A stretch of DNA of 49,778 nucleotides, taken from positions 1-49,778 of the forward strand of contig JBGFRZ010000036.1 in the NCBI GenBank assembly GCA_041694835.1, written 5' to 3'. Positions 28,767 to 37,780 of this stretch are shown here, in pieces. Made by a program: the position numbers and the translations under genes. Positions within the stretch are counted from its first letter, which is position 1; every line of letters starts with the position of its first letter. The stretch is from Ignavibacteria bacterium (GTDB lineage: Bacteria > Elusimicrobiota > Endomicrobiia > PHAN01). A model generated the notes under the pieces. That model worked only from the letters and a program-made list of their open reading frames with translations, searched no databases and had not been told where the DNA came from.

Positions 28767-30158
28767 ATGAGAAAGAAGATTTTATTTTTAGTTTTGATTC
28801 TGGCTTTATGTTTCGTAACGAATAAGGTTTGCGCGGATTATATCGATTTACCAACTCTGGATGTTCTGTCATATTTTGCGCAAAAATCCGGCCATACAAA
28901 GAAGTTCAATAAACTCGTAGACGCTGCGCCATCGCGGCTTGAGTGGGCCGGTTTTTTGAACGAGGTCGTCTGGATTATCGAGGAAAAAAACATGCTTCTT
29001 AATGAGACGGAAGATGAAAAACTTCGCACTCTTGTTAAGTACTTCGATAGAGAGCTTTTGCTTATGAATCTTTCCGACAAGCTTGAAGAAAAGCCAGTTT
29101 TTAATATGGAAGCGGAGTATTCGCTCAATTCCGACTATCTCTGGGGAGAGGGCGTAAGGACATCGGTTTTGTCTTTATACAACGAACTTCGCCTGATTTT
29201 TAGCGCGAGAAAAAAAAGTACAGCGGGTTATCTTTCATTGAGAAATTTCGGATATTGGGGCGTAAACGAATACTCGTCGGGTTCGCTTGGCATAAACTTT
29301 AAAACATCCGACCCACCTTTTATCGAACAACTTTTCTTTGAAACGGGCGAAGTCTACAAGTTGATACTTGGCAGAAGGTACATGAAAATGGGAACATGGG
29401 GTCTTGCCGTGAACTGGCTTTACGAACCCATTGACATCGCGGAGTTTGCGGTGACTTCGAATAATTTTACCGGAAGGGTCGCTGCAGCATCAAGATATGA
29501 AAACATAGATTATTATCTGGCATCTTTTGGATTCGGGACAGAAATTTTGCAAACCGAGATAAATGGTTTTTATTCAGCGATAAGTTCTCGTATCCTTGAG
29601 AGGCTTGTTGGGGCAAACAACGATATCGGCGGTTCGCTTTCTTTCGCGTTCTCCCCGATTAAATATGTTTCATTTAGAAGCGAAGCCGGCGTTTACAAAA
29701 AAACCCCCTCCTCCTTGGAGGTATATCCCTATGTCTATGCCGTCGATTCCGATTTCAGGGATTTCGGATTTTCATTTCTCTACGGATATATTCCGGATAT
29801 TAGATTTCCGACTTATCCTTCTGTCCCTTACTCCGCGACTGTGAACCGCCCCCCGCTCGATTTTATAGACAAAAATTTCATCGGAACGAGATTTTATCCT
29901 AAAACGCGGGGCTATGATGCGATATTTAGAATAAAATATGCTGCACCTGTCTTTTTTGAGATAGAGCACTCCGACATCAATGGCCTTGCAGTCGATATCC
30001 GTTTCAAGAGAAATACGGCGAGGGGTATTTACAAGAGTCCCGGAAAATCGTCTCCCGTTGATAGGATAATAATTGACATCACGGTGGTTGATTATGAGAG
30101 CGATGACATTCAGCAGCAGGAATGGCAATTGAGGAGTCAGGCGGCTTTCAGGTTTTAA
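28767..30158 (+). CDS. Putative outer-membrane protein with SLH-like N-terminus
   Basis: Signal peptide; SRLEWA...LVKYFDREL; beta-rich remainder ending in Phe (QAAFRF). Confidence 0.5.
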   Translation: MRKKILFLVLILALCFVTNKVCADYIDLPTLDVLSYFAQKSGHTKKFNKLVDAAPSRLEWAGFLNEVVWIIEEKNMLLNETEDEKLRTLVKYFDRELLLMNLSDKLEEKPVFNMEAEYSLNSDYLWGEGVRTSVLSLYNELRLIFSARKKSTAGYLSLRNFGYWGVNEYSSGSLGINFKTSDPPFIEQLFFETGEVYKLILGRRYMKMGTWGLAVNWLYEPIDIAEFAVTSNNFTGRVAAASRYENIDYYLASFGFGTEILQTEINGFYSAISSRILERLVGANNDIGGSLSFAFSPIKYVSFRSEAGVYKKTPSSLEVYPYVYAVDSDFRDFGFSFLYGYIPDIRFPTYPSVPYSATVNRPPLDFIDKNFIGTRFYPKTRGYDAIFRIKYAAPVFFEIEHSDINGLAVDIRFKRNTARGIYKSPGKSSPVDRIIIDITVVDYESDDIQQQEWQLRSQAAFRF

Positions 30159-30296
30159 CACTCTTAAAGTTATAGCGAATTTTTGATTTTTTGATAAAAT
30201 TTTGTAAAATTACTCCGATAATTGCAGCGCGTTCGTCCCCGCCTGTCGGTAGACAGGTAGACCGGTTTAGAACGTCGCCTTCCACCGCACTAATTC

Positions 30297-30334
30297 GGCG
30301 CTATCGTCTAGTCCGGCTTATGACGCCGCCCTCT
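30297..30334 (+). pseudogene. tRNA-Glu-like 5' half
   Basis: GGCGCTA-TC-GTCTAGTCCGGCTTATGAC-G-CCGCC-CTCT parallels the 5' half of the intact tRNA. Confidence 0.6.
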
Positions 30335-30358
30335 TTTAGGGGTTGCCAAAGAAAGAGA

Positions 30359-30431
30359 GGCCCCATTGTCTAGTGGACCAGGACGTAGCCCTCTCAAGGC
30401 TAAAACACGGGTTCGAATCCCGTTGGGGCCA
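30359..30431 (+). tRNA. tRNA-Glu (anticodon CTC), CCA not encoded
   Basis: Acceptor GGCCCCA/TGGGGCC, anticodon arm TAGCC-CTCTCAA-GGCTA, T arm ACGGG-TTCGAAT-CCCGT. Confidence 0.95.
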
Positions 30432-30446
30432 TTTTTTATTGGTGTG

Positions 30447-30469
30447 GGGTTCAAATCCCGTTGGCGCTA
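30447..30469 (+). pseudogene. tRNA 3' fragment (T arm plus acceptor strand)
   Basis: GGGTTCAAATCCCGTTGGCGCTA matches the tRNA-Glu 3' end at 20/23. Confidence 0.65.
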
Positions 30470-30512
30470 TATTTTCCGCGGAACTCTGTAGACGGATAAA
30501 GCATTGTCGATT

Positions 30513-30710
30513 ATGATAAAACTTCATCGACTCAACGGTCACGAAGTAATAATAAACGCCGAACTTATCGAATCGATAGAAGCAATGCCTGATACAAAAA
30601 TAACACTGATTTCAAACAATCAGTATATCGTAAAAGAAACATCCGACGAAGTTGTTGAAAAAGTCATAGAATATAAAAGAAAAATTTCACACATAGAGCA
30701 CAAGAGGTAA
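30513..30710 (+). CDS. flbD: FlbD/SwrD family flagellar protein
   Basis: MIKLHRLNG..INAELIESIEAMPDTKITL...VKET.DEVVEKVIEY; directly upstream of motA. Confidence 0.9.
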   Translation: MIKLHRLNGHEVIINAELIESIEAMPDTKITLISNNQYIVKETSDEVVEKVIEYKRKISHIEHKR

Positions 30711-30714
30711 AACA

Positions 30715-31521
30715 ATGGACATAACTACGCTTATAGGTGCGGTAGCAGGACTTATAATTATCGCTCTCGGCATAATGATAAGGGGGGGCGGAATCGATAT
30801 TAGAATGTTTCTTTCTTTCTTGCATCTTCCTTCGGTGATGATAACATTTGGCGGAGCTGTCTGTGCGACCCTTGTGAATTATCCTCTGAAACAAGTTATC
30901 GGCGTCTGGAATATAGCCAGAAAAGTGATGATGGAGCCGGCCGAAAATACATCGGGAATAATTTCGCAGTTTGTCTCGCTTGCCCAAAAAGCAAAAAGAG
31001 AGGGTTTTCTGTCGCTTGAGCAGGATATTAAGAAAATAGACAACGATTTTATGAAGCGCGGCGTCCAGCTCGTTGTGGACGGTCAGGACGCCGAATTTAT
31101 CAGAAATTTACTTGAGACCGAAGTTCATTTTATTCAAGTCCGTCATAATGTGGGACAGGAAATTTTTTTGATGATGGGCACTTACGCACCCGCGTTCGGT
31201 CTTATAGGAACGGTTATCGGTCTTATTTTGATGTTGGCAAACTTACAAGACCAGTCGCAGATTGCTTCGGGTATGGCGGTGGCTCTCCTGACGACATTTT
31301 ACGGCGCCATGGCAGCGTATCTGATTTTTAACCCGATTGCAGGAAAATTAAAACGTCGAAGCGAGGAAGAAATTCTGGTTAAAGAAGTTATAATCAGAGG
31401 CGTCCTATTGTTGCAATCCGGCACGACACCTTCTATTATCGAAGGCAATCTACAGGCATATCTTGAGCCGAAACTCAGAAAACTGGCATTTGCCAGAGAA
31501 CGCACATCCGCAGGAGCGTAA
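30715..31521 (+). CDS. motA: Stator protein MotA/PomA/MotP family
   Basis: MDITTLIG, KREGFLSLE, GVQLVVDG, APAFGLIGTVIGL, ALLTTFYG, PIAGKL. Confidence 0.92.
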   Translation: MDITTLIGAVAGLIIIALGIMIRGGGIDIRMFLSFLHLPSVMITFGGAVCATLVNYPLKQVIGVWNIARKVMMEPAENTSGIISQFVSLAQKAKREGFLSLEQDIKKIDNDFMKRGVQLVVDGQDAEFIRNLLETEVHFIQVRHNVGQEIFLMMGTYAPAFGLIGTVIGLILMLANLQDQSQIASGMAVALLTTFYGAMAAYLIFNPIAGKLKRRSEEEILVKEVIIRGVLLLQSGTTPSIIEGNLQAYLEPKLRKLAFARERTSAGA

Positions 31522-31523
31522 AA

Positions 31524-32207
31524 TTGGCACTGAAAAAAGTTAAGTCGGCAGCGGCGCTGACCACCCCGCCGTGGATGCTCTCCTATGGTGACTTAGTAAC
31601 CCAAGTTCTCGTTTTTTTCGTTATGCTTTTTGCTCTCTCGGCCGCTGCAACCGAGGACCAACTTAAAAAAATAAAGGAAAGAATTGACAATCACGTTATT
31701 CAAAACACATTGCAGAGTTTTGTCTCGACGGAAATAACTCAAAAAGAGGGTCTCATTATCACATTTTCTGAAAAACATATGTTCGATCCCGGAATGGCAG
31801 ACATCTATCCCGAAGCAAAGAATATGATTCGCGACATTATGAAGTTGTTGACCGACGACCCGAACAGGATTTCGATTGAAGGCCATACCGACAACACGCC
31901 GATTTCAACGGTTCAGTTTCCTTCAAACTGGGAACTCTCAACGACACGCTCCACAAATCTTTTGAGATTTTTTATAGAAGACATTAAGTTTGAACCAGGT
32001 CGTCTGGCGGCTTCAGGTTATGGGGAATTTCATCCTGTCGCGCCCAACGATACTGTCGAAAACAAAGCGAAAAATAGAAGGGTGAATGTGGTCGTCAGGC
32101 GACTTGACATTACAGAGATGAGAGCATGGAATGAAAAACTTTCGGCAGCGGCAAAACAAACTGTAACCCGCGGCATAGTTGATGTAAAACCTCAGACGAT
32201 ACAATAA
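31524..32207 (+). CDS. motB: Stator protein MotB/PomB/MotS family
   Basis: WMLSYGDLVT (conserved Asp) TM; OmpA-like IEGHTD, SNWELS, KNRRV. Confidence 0.92.
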   Translation: MALKKVKSAAALTTPPWMLSYGDLVTQVLVFFVMLFALSAAATEDQLKKIKERIDNHVIQNTLQSFVSTEITQKEGLIITFSEKHMFDPGMADIYPEAKNMIRDIMKLLTDDPNRISIEGHTDNTPISTVQFPSNWELSTTRSTNLLRFFIEDIKFEPGRLAASGYGEFHPVAPNDTVENKAKNRRVNVVVRRLDITEMRAWNEKLSAAAKQTVTRGIVDVKPQTIQ

Positions 32208-32227
32208 TATATTTAGGGAGAAAATGT

Positions 32228-34975
32228 ATGGCTAAAGCGAAGAAAAATGTTTATTTTTTTGGCGCAGGGATTGCCGACGGAAACGAGAGCATGAAAAACC
32301 TGCTTGGCGGAAAAGGAGCGAACCTTGCCGAGATGGCGGGGCACAAAGACTTAAAACTTCCCGTCCCGCCGGGATTCACCATAACTACGGATGTATGCAC
32401 ATACTACTATCAACACGGAAGAAAATATCCGCAGGGTATCGAGGATGAGGTCAAAAAAGCTCTCGGCAAAGTTGAAATTCTCATGGAAAAGAAATTCGGA
32501 GATACGAAGAATCCTCTCCTTGTTTCCGTCAGATCGGGTGCAAGAAGGTCGATGCCGGGAATGATGGAGACGGTTTTGAATGTAGGTCTTACCGAAAAAA
32601 CCATCCCCGGCCTGATTGAGCAAACGGAAGGCAACGAGCGATTTGTCTATGATGCATATCGTCGTTTGATTATGATGTACTCAGATGTCGTGATGGAAAA
32701 AGCCGCTGGTATCGAACTGGAGCATGAAGAGGCCGGCATCAGAAAACAGCTCGAAAAAATAATGTCGGAGACTAAAAAACAAAAGGGCATAACTCTAGAC
32801 ACCGATCTCAATGGGTCCGACCTAAAAAAACTCTGCGGACTTTTCAAAGAGAAAGTGAAGGAGGTGCTGAAAAAAGAATTTCCAGACGATCCGTACGAGC
32901 AACTTTGGGGCGGAATCGGTGCGGTCTTCGCCTCATGGAAGGGAAAGAGAGCGATTTCATATAGAAAGATAGAAGGGATACCAGAGGAGTGGGGAACTGC
33001 GGTCAATGTCCAAACGATGGTCTTTGGAAACATGGGGAACCACTCCGCCACGGGTGTCGCTTTTACGAGGAACCCCGGAAATGGCGAAGCCATGTTTTAC
33101 GGCGAGTATCTCGTCAACGCGCAGGGGGAGGACGTCGTAGCAGGGATAAGAACCCCCGCTCCTATCAACGAATACTCAAAGAGCGACTACAACAAGGATA
33201 TGGTCAGTCTTGAAAAATTCATGCCAAAGGTTTATAAAGAGATTTTCGATATACAAAAACGTCTTGAAAGACACTATCGTGACATGCAGGACATAGAGTT
33301 TACCATAGAGAAGGGTCGCCTTTTCATGCTACAGTGCCGCATAGGAAAGAGAAACGGCCCTGCCGCGGTCAAAATGGCTGTGGATATGGTGAAAGAAAAA
33401 CTCATAACCAAAGACGAAGCGGTGAGGAGAGTTTCTTCATCTCAACTCGACGAACTTTTACATCCTATAATAGACCCCAGTGCCGAGATTGCGCACAAAG
33501 CTCTTGCGAAAGGTCTCCCCGCAGGACCCGGCGGAGCATCCGGCCAGATAGTATTTTCCGCCGCGGACGCCGTCAGGTGGGCGAAAGATGGCAAAAAAGT
33601 AATATTGGTGCGCGAAGAGACGAATCCGGAGGATGTTGAGGGGATGAGGGCGGCTCAGGCGATACTGACCGCTCGCGGGGGAATGACGAGCCATGCGGCG
33701 CTTGTGGCTCGCGGATGGGGAAAGTGCTGCGTAGTCGGATGCAGCGCCCTTCACATAGATTACTTCGCAAAAAAAATGGTCGTCGGAAACATTAACATTA
33801 AGGAGGGTGACTGGATAACCCTCAACGGAACAAACGGGAATATTTACGAAGGGAAACTCCCAATGATGGACGCCTCTGAAGAAAACAAAATTCTCAATGA
33901 GTTCCTGAAGATTTGTGATGGTTTTAGAAAACTTAAAATCAGAACCAACGCAGACACGCCCGAGGACTCTCGTCGCGCTCGCTCTTTCGGAGCGGAGGGC
34001 ATAGGGTTGTTTAGGACGGAACACATGTTTTACGGCGCGAACTCTGAGAAGCCGTTGTTTTTGCTCAGGAAAATGATTATCTCAAAAACCGAGAGCGAAA
34101 GGATATCCGCGCTCGACGAGCTCTTTCCTTATGTCAAGGCCGATGTCAAGGGAACGCTTGATGCGATGGAAGGCCTTCCCGTCACATTCAGGCTTTTGGA
34201 TCCGCCCCTGCACGAGTTTGTCCCCAGAGACGAATCGCAGAGGGAGGAACTTTCAAAGAGCCTTGGAATAAACAAAGATGAGTTTGAAAAAAGAGCGAGT
34301 GCTCTCCACGAAACAAACCCCATGATGGGTCATCGCGGAGTTCGTCTGGGGGTCACATATCCGGAAGTAAGCGAGATGCAGATAAGGGCGATACTTGAAG
34401 CCGCCGCCGAGCTTACGAAGGATGGAAAAAAAACGTTTCCCGAAATAATGATTCCGGTTGTGTGTAGCGAAAATGAACTCGTCAATCAGAAATCACTTGT
34501 AGAGAAGGTCTATCGGGAAGTCCTGAAAAAATATGGGCTCAAAAAAATACCGTATATGTTCGGAACAATGATAGAGATACCGCGAGCGGCACTCGTCGCC
34601 GATAAAATAGCCGAGGTGGCAGACTTCTTCTCGTACGGAACCAACGACCTCACCCAAATGTCTTTCGGATTTTCTCGCGACGACATCGGCGGATTTTTGA
34701 TGGATTACATACAGAAGGGAATCCTTCCTGAAGACCCATTCCAGTCGATAGATGTATCAGGCGTTGGTTATCTGATACACTACGGGGTCAAACACGGAAG
34801 AAAAACAAAACCCGGATTAAAAGTAGGAATATGCGGAGAGCACGGCGGCGATCCTAAATCTATAGAGTTCTGCCACAAAGTCGGCATGGACTATGTCTCA
34901 TGCTCGCCGTTCAGGGTGCCTATAGCGAGACACGCTGCGGCAAAAGTCGTCGTCGACAGTATGAAGAAGAAATAA
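32228..34975 (+). CDS. ppdK: Pyruvate, phosphate dikinase
   Basis: LLGGKGANLAEM, VSVRSGA, GGMTSHAA phospho-His motif, GTNDLTQ, GICGEHGGDP. Confidence 0.97.
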   Translation: MAKAKKNVYFFGAGIADGNESMKNLLGGKGANLAEMAGHKDLKLPVPPGFTITTDVCTYYYQHGRKYPQGIEDEVKKALGKVEILMEKKFGDTKNPLLVSVRSGARRSMPGMMETVLNVGLTEKTIPGLIEQTEGNERFVYDAYRRLIMMYSDVVMEKAAGIELEHEEAGIRKQLEKIMSETKKQKGITLDTDLNGSDLKKLCGLFKEKVKEVLKKEFPDDPYEQLWGGIGAVFASWKGKRAISYRKIEGIPEEWGTAVNVQTMVFGNMGNHSATGVAFTRNPGNGEAMFYGEYLVNAQGEDVVAGIRTPAPINEYSKSDYNKDMVSLEKFMPKVYKEIFDIQKRLERHYRDMQDIEFTIEKGRLFMLQCRIGKRNGPAAVKMAVDMVKEKLITKDEAVRRVSSSQLDELLHPIIDPSAEIAHKALAKGLPAGPGGASGQIVFSAADAVRWAKDGKKVILVREETNPEDVEGMRAAQAILTARGGMTSHAALVARGWGKCCVVGCSALHIDYFAKKMVVGNINIKEGDWITLNGTNGNIYEGKLPMMDASEENKILNEFLKICDGFRKLKIRTNADTPEDSRRARSFGAEGIGLFRTEHMFYGANSEKPLFLLRKMIISKTESERISALDELFPYVKADVKGTLDAMEGLPVTFRLLDPPLHEFVPRDESQREELSKSLGINKDEFEKRASALHETNPMMGHRGVRLGVTYPEVSEMQIRAILEAAAELTKDGKKTFPEIMIPVVCSENELVNQKSLVEKVYREVLKKYGLKKIPYMFGTMIEIPRAALVADKIAEVADFFSYGTNDLTQMSFGFSRDDIGGFLMDYIQKGILPEDPFQSIDVSGVGYLIHYGVKHGRKTKPGLKVGICGEHGGDPKSIEFCHKVGMDYVSCSPFRVPIARHAAAKVVVDSMKKK

Positions 34976-35023
34976 AAAACGAAAGTTTTTTTCAGGTTTC
35001 ATAGGCATTTGGGAGTTCGCTTT

Positions 35024-35542
35024 ATGAAAAAAAACATAGAGCAGGTGTTGGTTTTGATAAAGCCCGATGGGCTGAAAAAATCGCTTACGGGTAACGTCCT
35101 CACGAAGTTTTCCGAGGCAAAACTCATAATAGTCGCTGCAAAGATGGTAAAAGTTTCACGGGAACTTGCAGAAAAACATTACGCTGAACACAAAGGCAAG
35201 GCATTCTATGACGGATTGATAGATTACATACAGGGGAAACTTTTTGGAGAGCCGTTTGACAGAGTGATGGCACTCGTTTACAGCGGCGATAATGCCATAA
35301 AAAAATTGAGGGACATTTGCGGCGCGACGAATCCCGAAGAAGCCGAGTCGACATCTATAAGAGGCGCTTACGGAAGGATAACGACGAAAGGTGTATTTGA
35401 GAATGTTGTCCATTGCTCTGCGAATGTTGCAGATGCCGAGAAAGAAATCAAACTCTGGTTTGAGCCCGACGAATTAACAGAAAAGATATATCCCACCAAA
35501 GAAACACTCCTTGAAAAACAAACAAAAAAAATTTGGTCTTAA
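35024..35542 (+). CDS. ndk: Nucleoside-diphosphate kinase
   Basis: LIKPDG, HYAEHKGKAF, GATNP, SIRG, NVVHCS, EIKLWF. Confidence 0.92.
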   Translation: MKKNIEQVLVLIKPDGLKKSLTGNVLTKFSEAKLIIVAAKMVKVSRELAEKHYAEHKGKAFYDGLIDYIQGKLFGEPFDRVMALVYSGDNAIKKLRDICGATNPEEAESTSIRGAYGRITTKGVFENVVHCSANVADAEKEIKLWFEPDELTEKIYPTKETLLEKQTKKIWS

Positions 35543-35565
35543 AGCAACGGTTAACTTAAAACATT

Positions 35566-36396
35566 TCAATGCGACACAAGGACATTCTCTTTGAATCGCT
35601 GTTCGTTTTTTGCGCCGGATTGAATTGCCCCTTTTGTATCAAGCGTTTTTATTCTCTCTGTTGGATGTGGATGTGTTTTAAATAATACCAGAAACTTCGG
35701 CTCATCCAATTTTTGCGATGATAAAGTTTCGATGAAGCTTTTTAACCCCGATGTATCGTAGCCGGTTCTTTTCAAATATTTTGCAGCAAGAATATCAGCC
35801 TCTTCCTCGTCTTTCCGTGAATAACCCTTAAACAGAATATCCGTGGAAAATTCGGTAAGCTTTCTGGTTATCTCTTTATCTTGCGCTATCTCGGTTATTA
35901 TGTCCGTTCCCGCGCCTATAAAATTTGCTTTCTGAATTTCCCTGGCTATGTGTCTTTGTGATATGTGGGCTATCTCGTGTGCAAGGACGCCGGCTAACTC
36001 CGACTCATCTCTCATTATTTTGAGCGCCCCTTTTGTGACAAAAATATAACCCCCGGGGGCTGCAAACGCGTTTACTGTCTCAGAGTTTAAGACGGCGAAA
36101 TGATATTTTATATTTTTTCTGCCACTGTTTCTTACGACAGTTTGTCCCACAAGGTTTAAGTACTTTGTAAGTTTTTCATCATCATAAACGCCATAGCGGG
36201 CGCATAAGTTGCTTGCGACCTCTCTTCCCATCGCTATCTCTTCTTCATCTGAAACCCCTTTCGAGGCTTTTACGATTTTTTCTCCGACCCTAATCGCCTT
36301 TTCCGGATCCACGGGTATTTGCAGCGGCTCGAAGTTAAACGCAAAAACTTTCACAGCTAAAAATAATGTCGCCACCGCAATCGGTTTTAATTTCAT
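35566..36396 (-). CDS. Secreted M48-family metallopeptidase
   Basis: VNAFAAPGGYIFVTKG, ELAGVLAHEIAH, YSRKDEEEAD, THP. Confidence 0.9.
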   Translation of the reverse strand: MKLKPIAVATLFLAVKVFAFNFEPLQIPVDPEKAIRVGEKIVKASKGVSDEEEIAMGREVASNLCARYGVYDDEKLTKYLNLVGQTVVRNSGRKNIKYHFAVLNSETVNAFAAPGGYIFVTKGALKIMRDESELAGVLAHEIAHISQRHIAREIQKANFIGAGTDIITEIAQDKEITRKLTEFSTDILFKGYSRKDEEEADILAAKYLKRTGYDTSGLKSFIETLSSQKLDEPKFLVLFKTHPHPTERIKTLDTKGAIQSGAKNEQRFKENVLVSH

Positions 36397-36683
36397 TTTA
36401 GCCTCCCTTCGGAGACGAAACGTTCGATTTCTTCTTGTTGGAGCGTGAATTTTTCTATTTTCTCCACCGCCGCCCAGTCGCGACCAGAGGAATCACCGAT
36501 GCCTTCCGGCTCGTCAACCCCCCTCACCCCGGCTATCGCGGTTGGCTGTTTTTTCTTTTCCGACTGAACAGAGAGTTTGTCCCAGAAAGTCTTTGCTTTC
36601 TTTCGCGGTTTTACCTGCGAATAAACATTCGAGAAAGCCAGAAGGATTATCGCCGATATTAAGAATAATTTTTTTTTAGTCAT
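36393..36683 (-). CDS. Small secreted hypothetical protein, coupled to the M48 gene
   Basis: GGAGG SD, signal peptide, TAIAGVRG motif, ATGA overlap with the peptidase start. Confidence 0.7.
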   Translation of the reverse strand: MTKKKLFLISAIILLAFSNVYSQVKPRKKAKTFWDKLSVQSEKKKQPTAIAGVRGVDEPEGIGDSSGRDWAAVEKIEKFTLQQEEIERFVSEGRLK

Positions 36684-36700
36684 ATTTCCTCCGTTCAATT

Positions 36701-36752
36701 TTCAGACGGAAAATTCGAACAAATGTTCGAATGTTCCGACGGGAAAATTATT
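36701..36752. repeat. 52-bp palindromic element with SOS-box-like core, copy A
   Basis: Identical to 38706-38757; core CGAACAAATGTTCG at 36716-36729. Confidence 0.9.
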
Positions 36753-37779
36753 CCCCCCTTTTTTTCTTTTTCAGATGTTCTTTTTTGATTGGTTCTTCGC
36801 TTCTTGCAATCGCCATCTCTATCGCCCTTGAATGTCCCGTATTTTCCCACACATCATTGGCCGCAACCCTTACAAGAATTTTTCCATCGGGAGATTTTTC
36901 GGGGTTGAAATCAAAAAAATAAGGCGGGTCATATAGCGTCTTTGAAATTTTTTTCCAATTCTTGCCGTCGGTTGAAATTTCAAGATGCGCCCTTTCAATC
37001 TGATTCCCACTAATTGTTGTTTGTATATTTTTAAATCCCGGTTTTTCCGCTATATCATTTATGGCTGTAATTTCAATCAGTATTTCATTTTTTATATTTT
37101 TTGGAATAAGTTTCAACGCTATAGCCGGCTCGAATATCGTTATTGGAGTTTTCAGCGAGTCATTCTTTAGATTTTTCGGGTTTCCGTCTATTTCCGTATT
37201 TATCCACGAATCGACGCTTTTGTCCCCCCATGCCGCGGCGAGTATGGGAGAAGAGGATGCAGATGTCAAAAATCCGTCGGGCGACCAAAGGATTGCATAG
37301 TTGTCTCCGACGAAGTTCAACGAATCAAGCGGTATTTCCGTCCAGAACCATCTTGCCTCCCCCGTGTCCTCTATGGCGTTTTCGTAGTCGTACTCAAGCG
37401 GTATGTCATCGGTTTTTGTAAGGAACATGTATGAGTTCGCACTCCATTTTGGTTCTTCAGAAACCGCTATAAATATCTCGCTTTTTATGGCTTCTCTTTT
37501 CCAACTTGGTCTGTCAGGTTTTGGTAGCGATTTCATTCTTCCCAATTTTGCTCCCACAAAAGCCCTCGAAAAATCTTTTTTCCTATGATTGAGAGTCAGT
37601 TTTTCTATCCAACCTTGGTTGTAGCCGACGTACCAATTTCCGTCCCATCCTGCGTTCGCAAACAGGGTATAGTGAGGTAAAGGCATTTTGGATATGTAGG
37701 CAGGGTTTGCGTTTTGGGCGTTAATTTCGGAAAAGAGTAAATTAATAGTGATTATCGTCAGAAAATATCCGCGTTTCAT
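36748..37779 (-). CDS. Secreted hypothetical protein (Trp-rich, C-terminal Ig-like segment)
   Basis: 343-aa ORF, signal peptide, starts 2 nt after the parB stop. Confidence 0.75.
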   Translation of the reverse strand: MKRGYFLTIITINLLFSEINAQNANPAYISKMPLPHYTLFANAGWDGNWYVGYNQGWIEKLTLNHRKKDFSRAFVGAKLGRMKSLPKPDRPSWKREAIKSEIFIAVSEEPKWSANSYMFLTKTDDIPLEYDYENAIEDTGEARWFWTEIPLDSLNFVGDNYAILWSPDGFLTSASSSPILAAAWGDKSVDSWINTEIDGNPKNLKNDSLKTPITIFEPAIALKLIPKNIKNEILIEITAINDIAEKPGFKNIQTTISGNQIERAHLEISTDGKNWKKISKTLYDPPYFFDFNPEKSPDGKILVRVAANDVWENTGHSRAIEMAIARSEEPIKKEHLKKKKRGE

Positions 37780-37780
37780 C

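Noticed and set aside
30715-32207. MotA/MotB as Zorya ZorA/ZorB defence genes
   Set aside because: MotA lacks the long ZorA tail, no ZorC/D/E genes follow, and flbD precedes it
33458-34024. 188-aa - strand ORF and the other antisense ORFs inside ppdK, dnaB, rplI and iscS
   Set aside because: Shadows of well-supported genes
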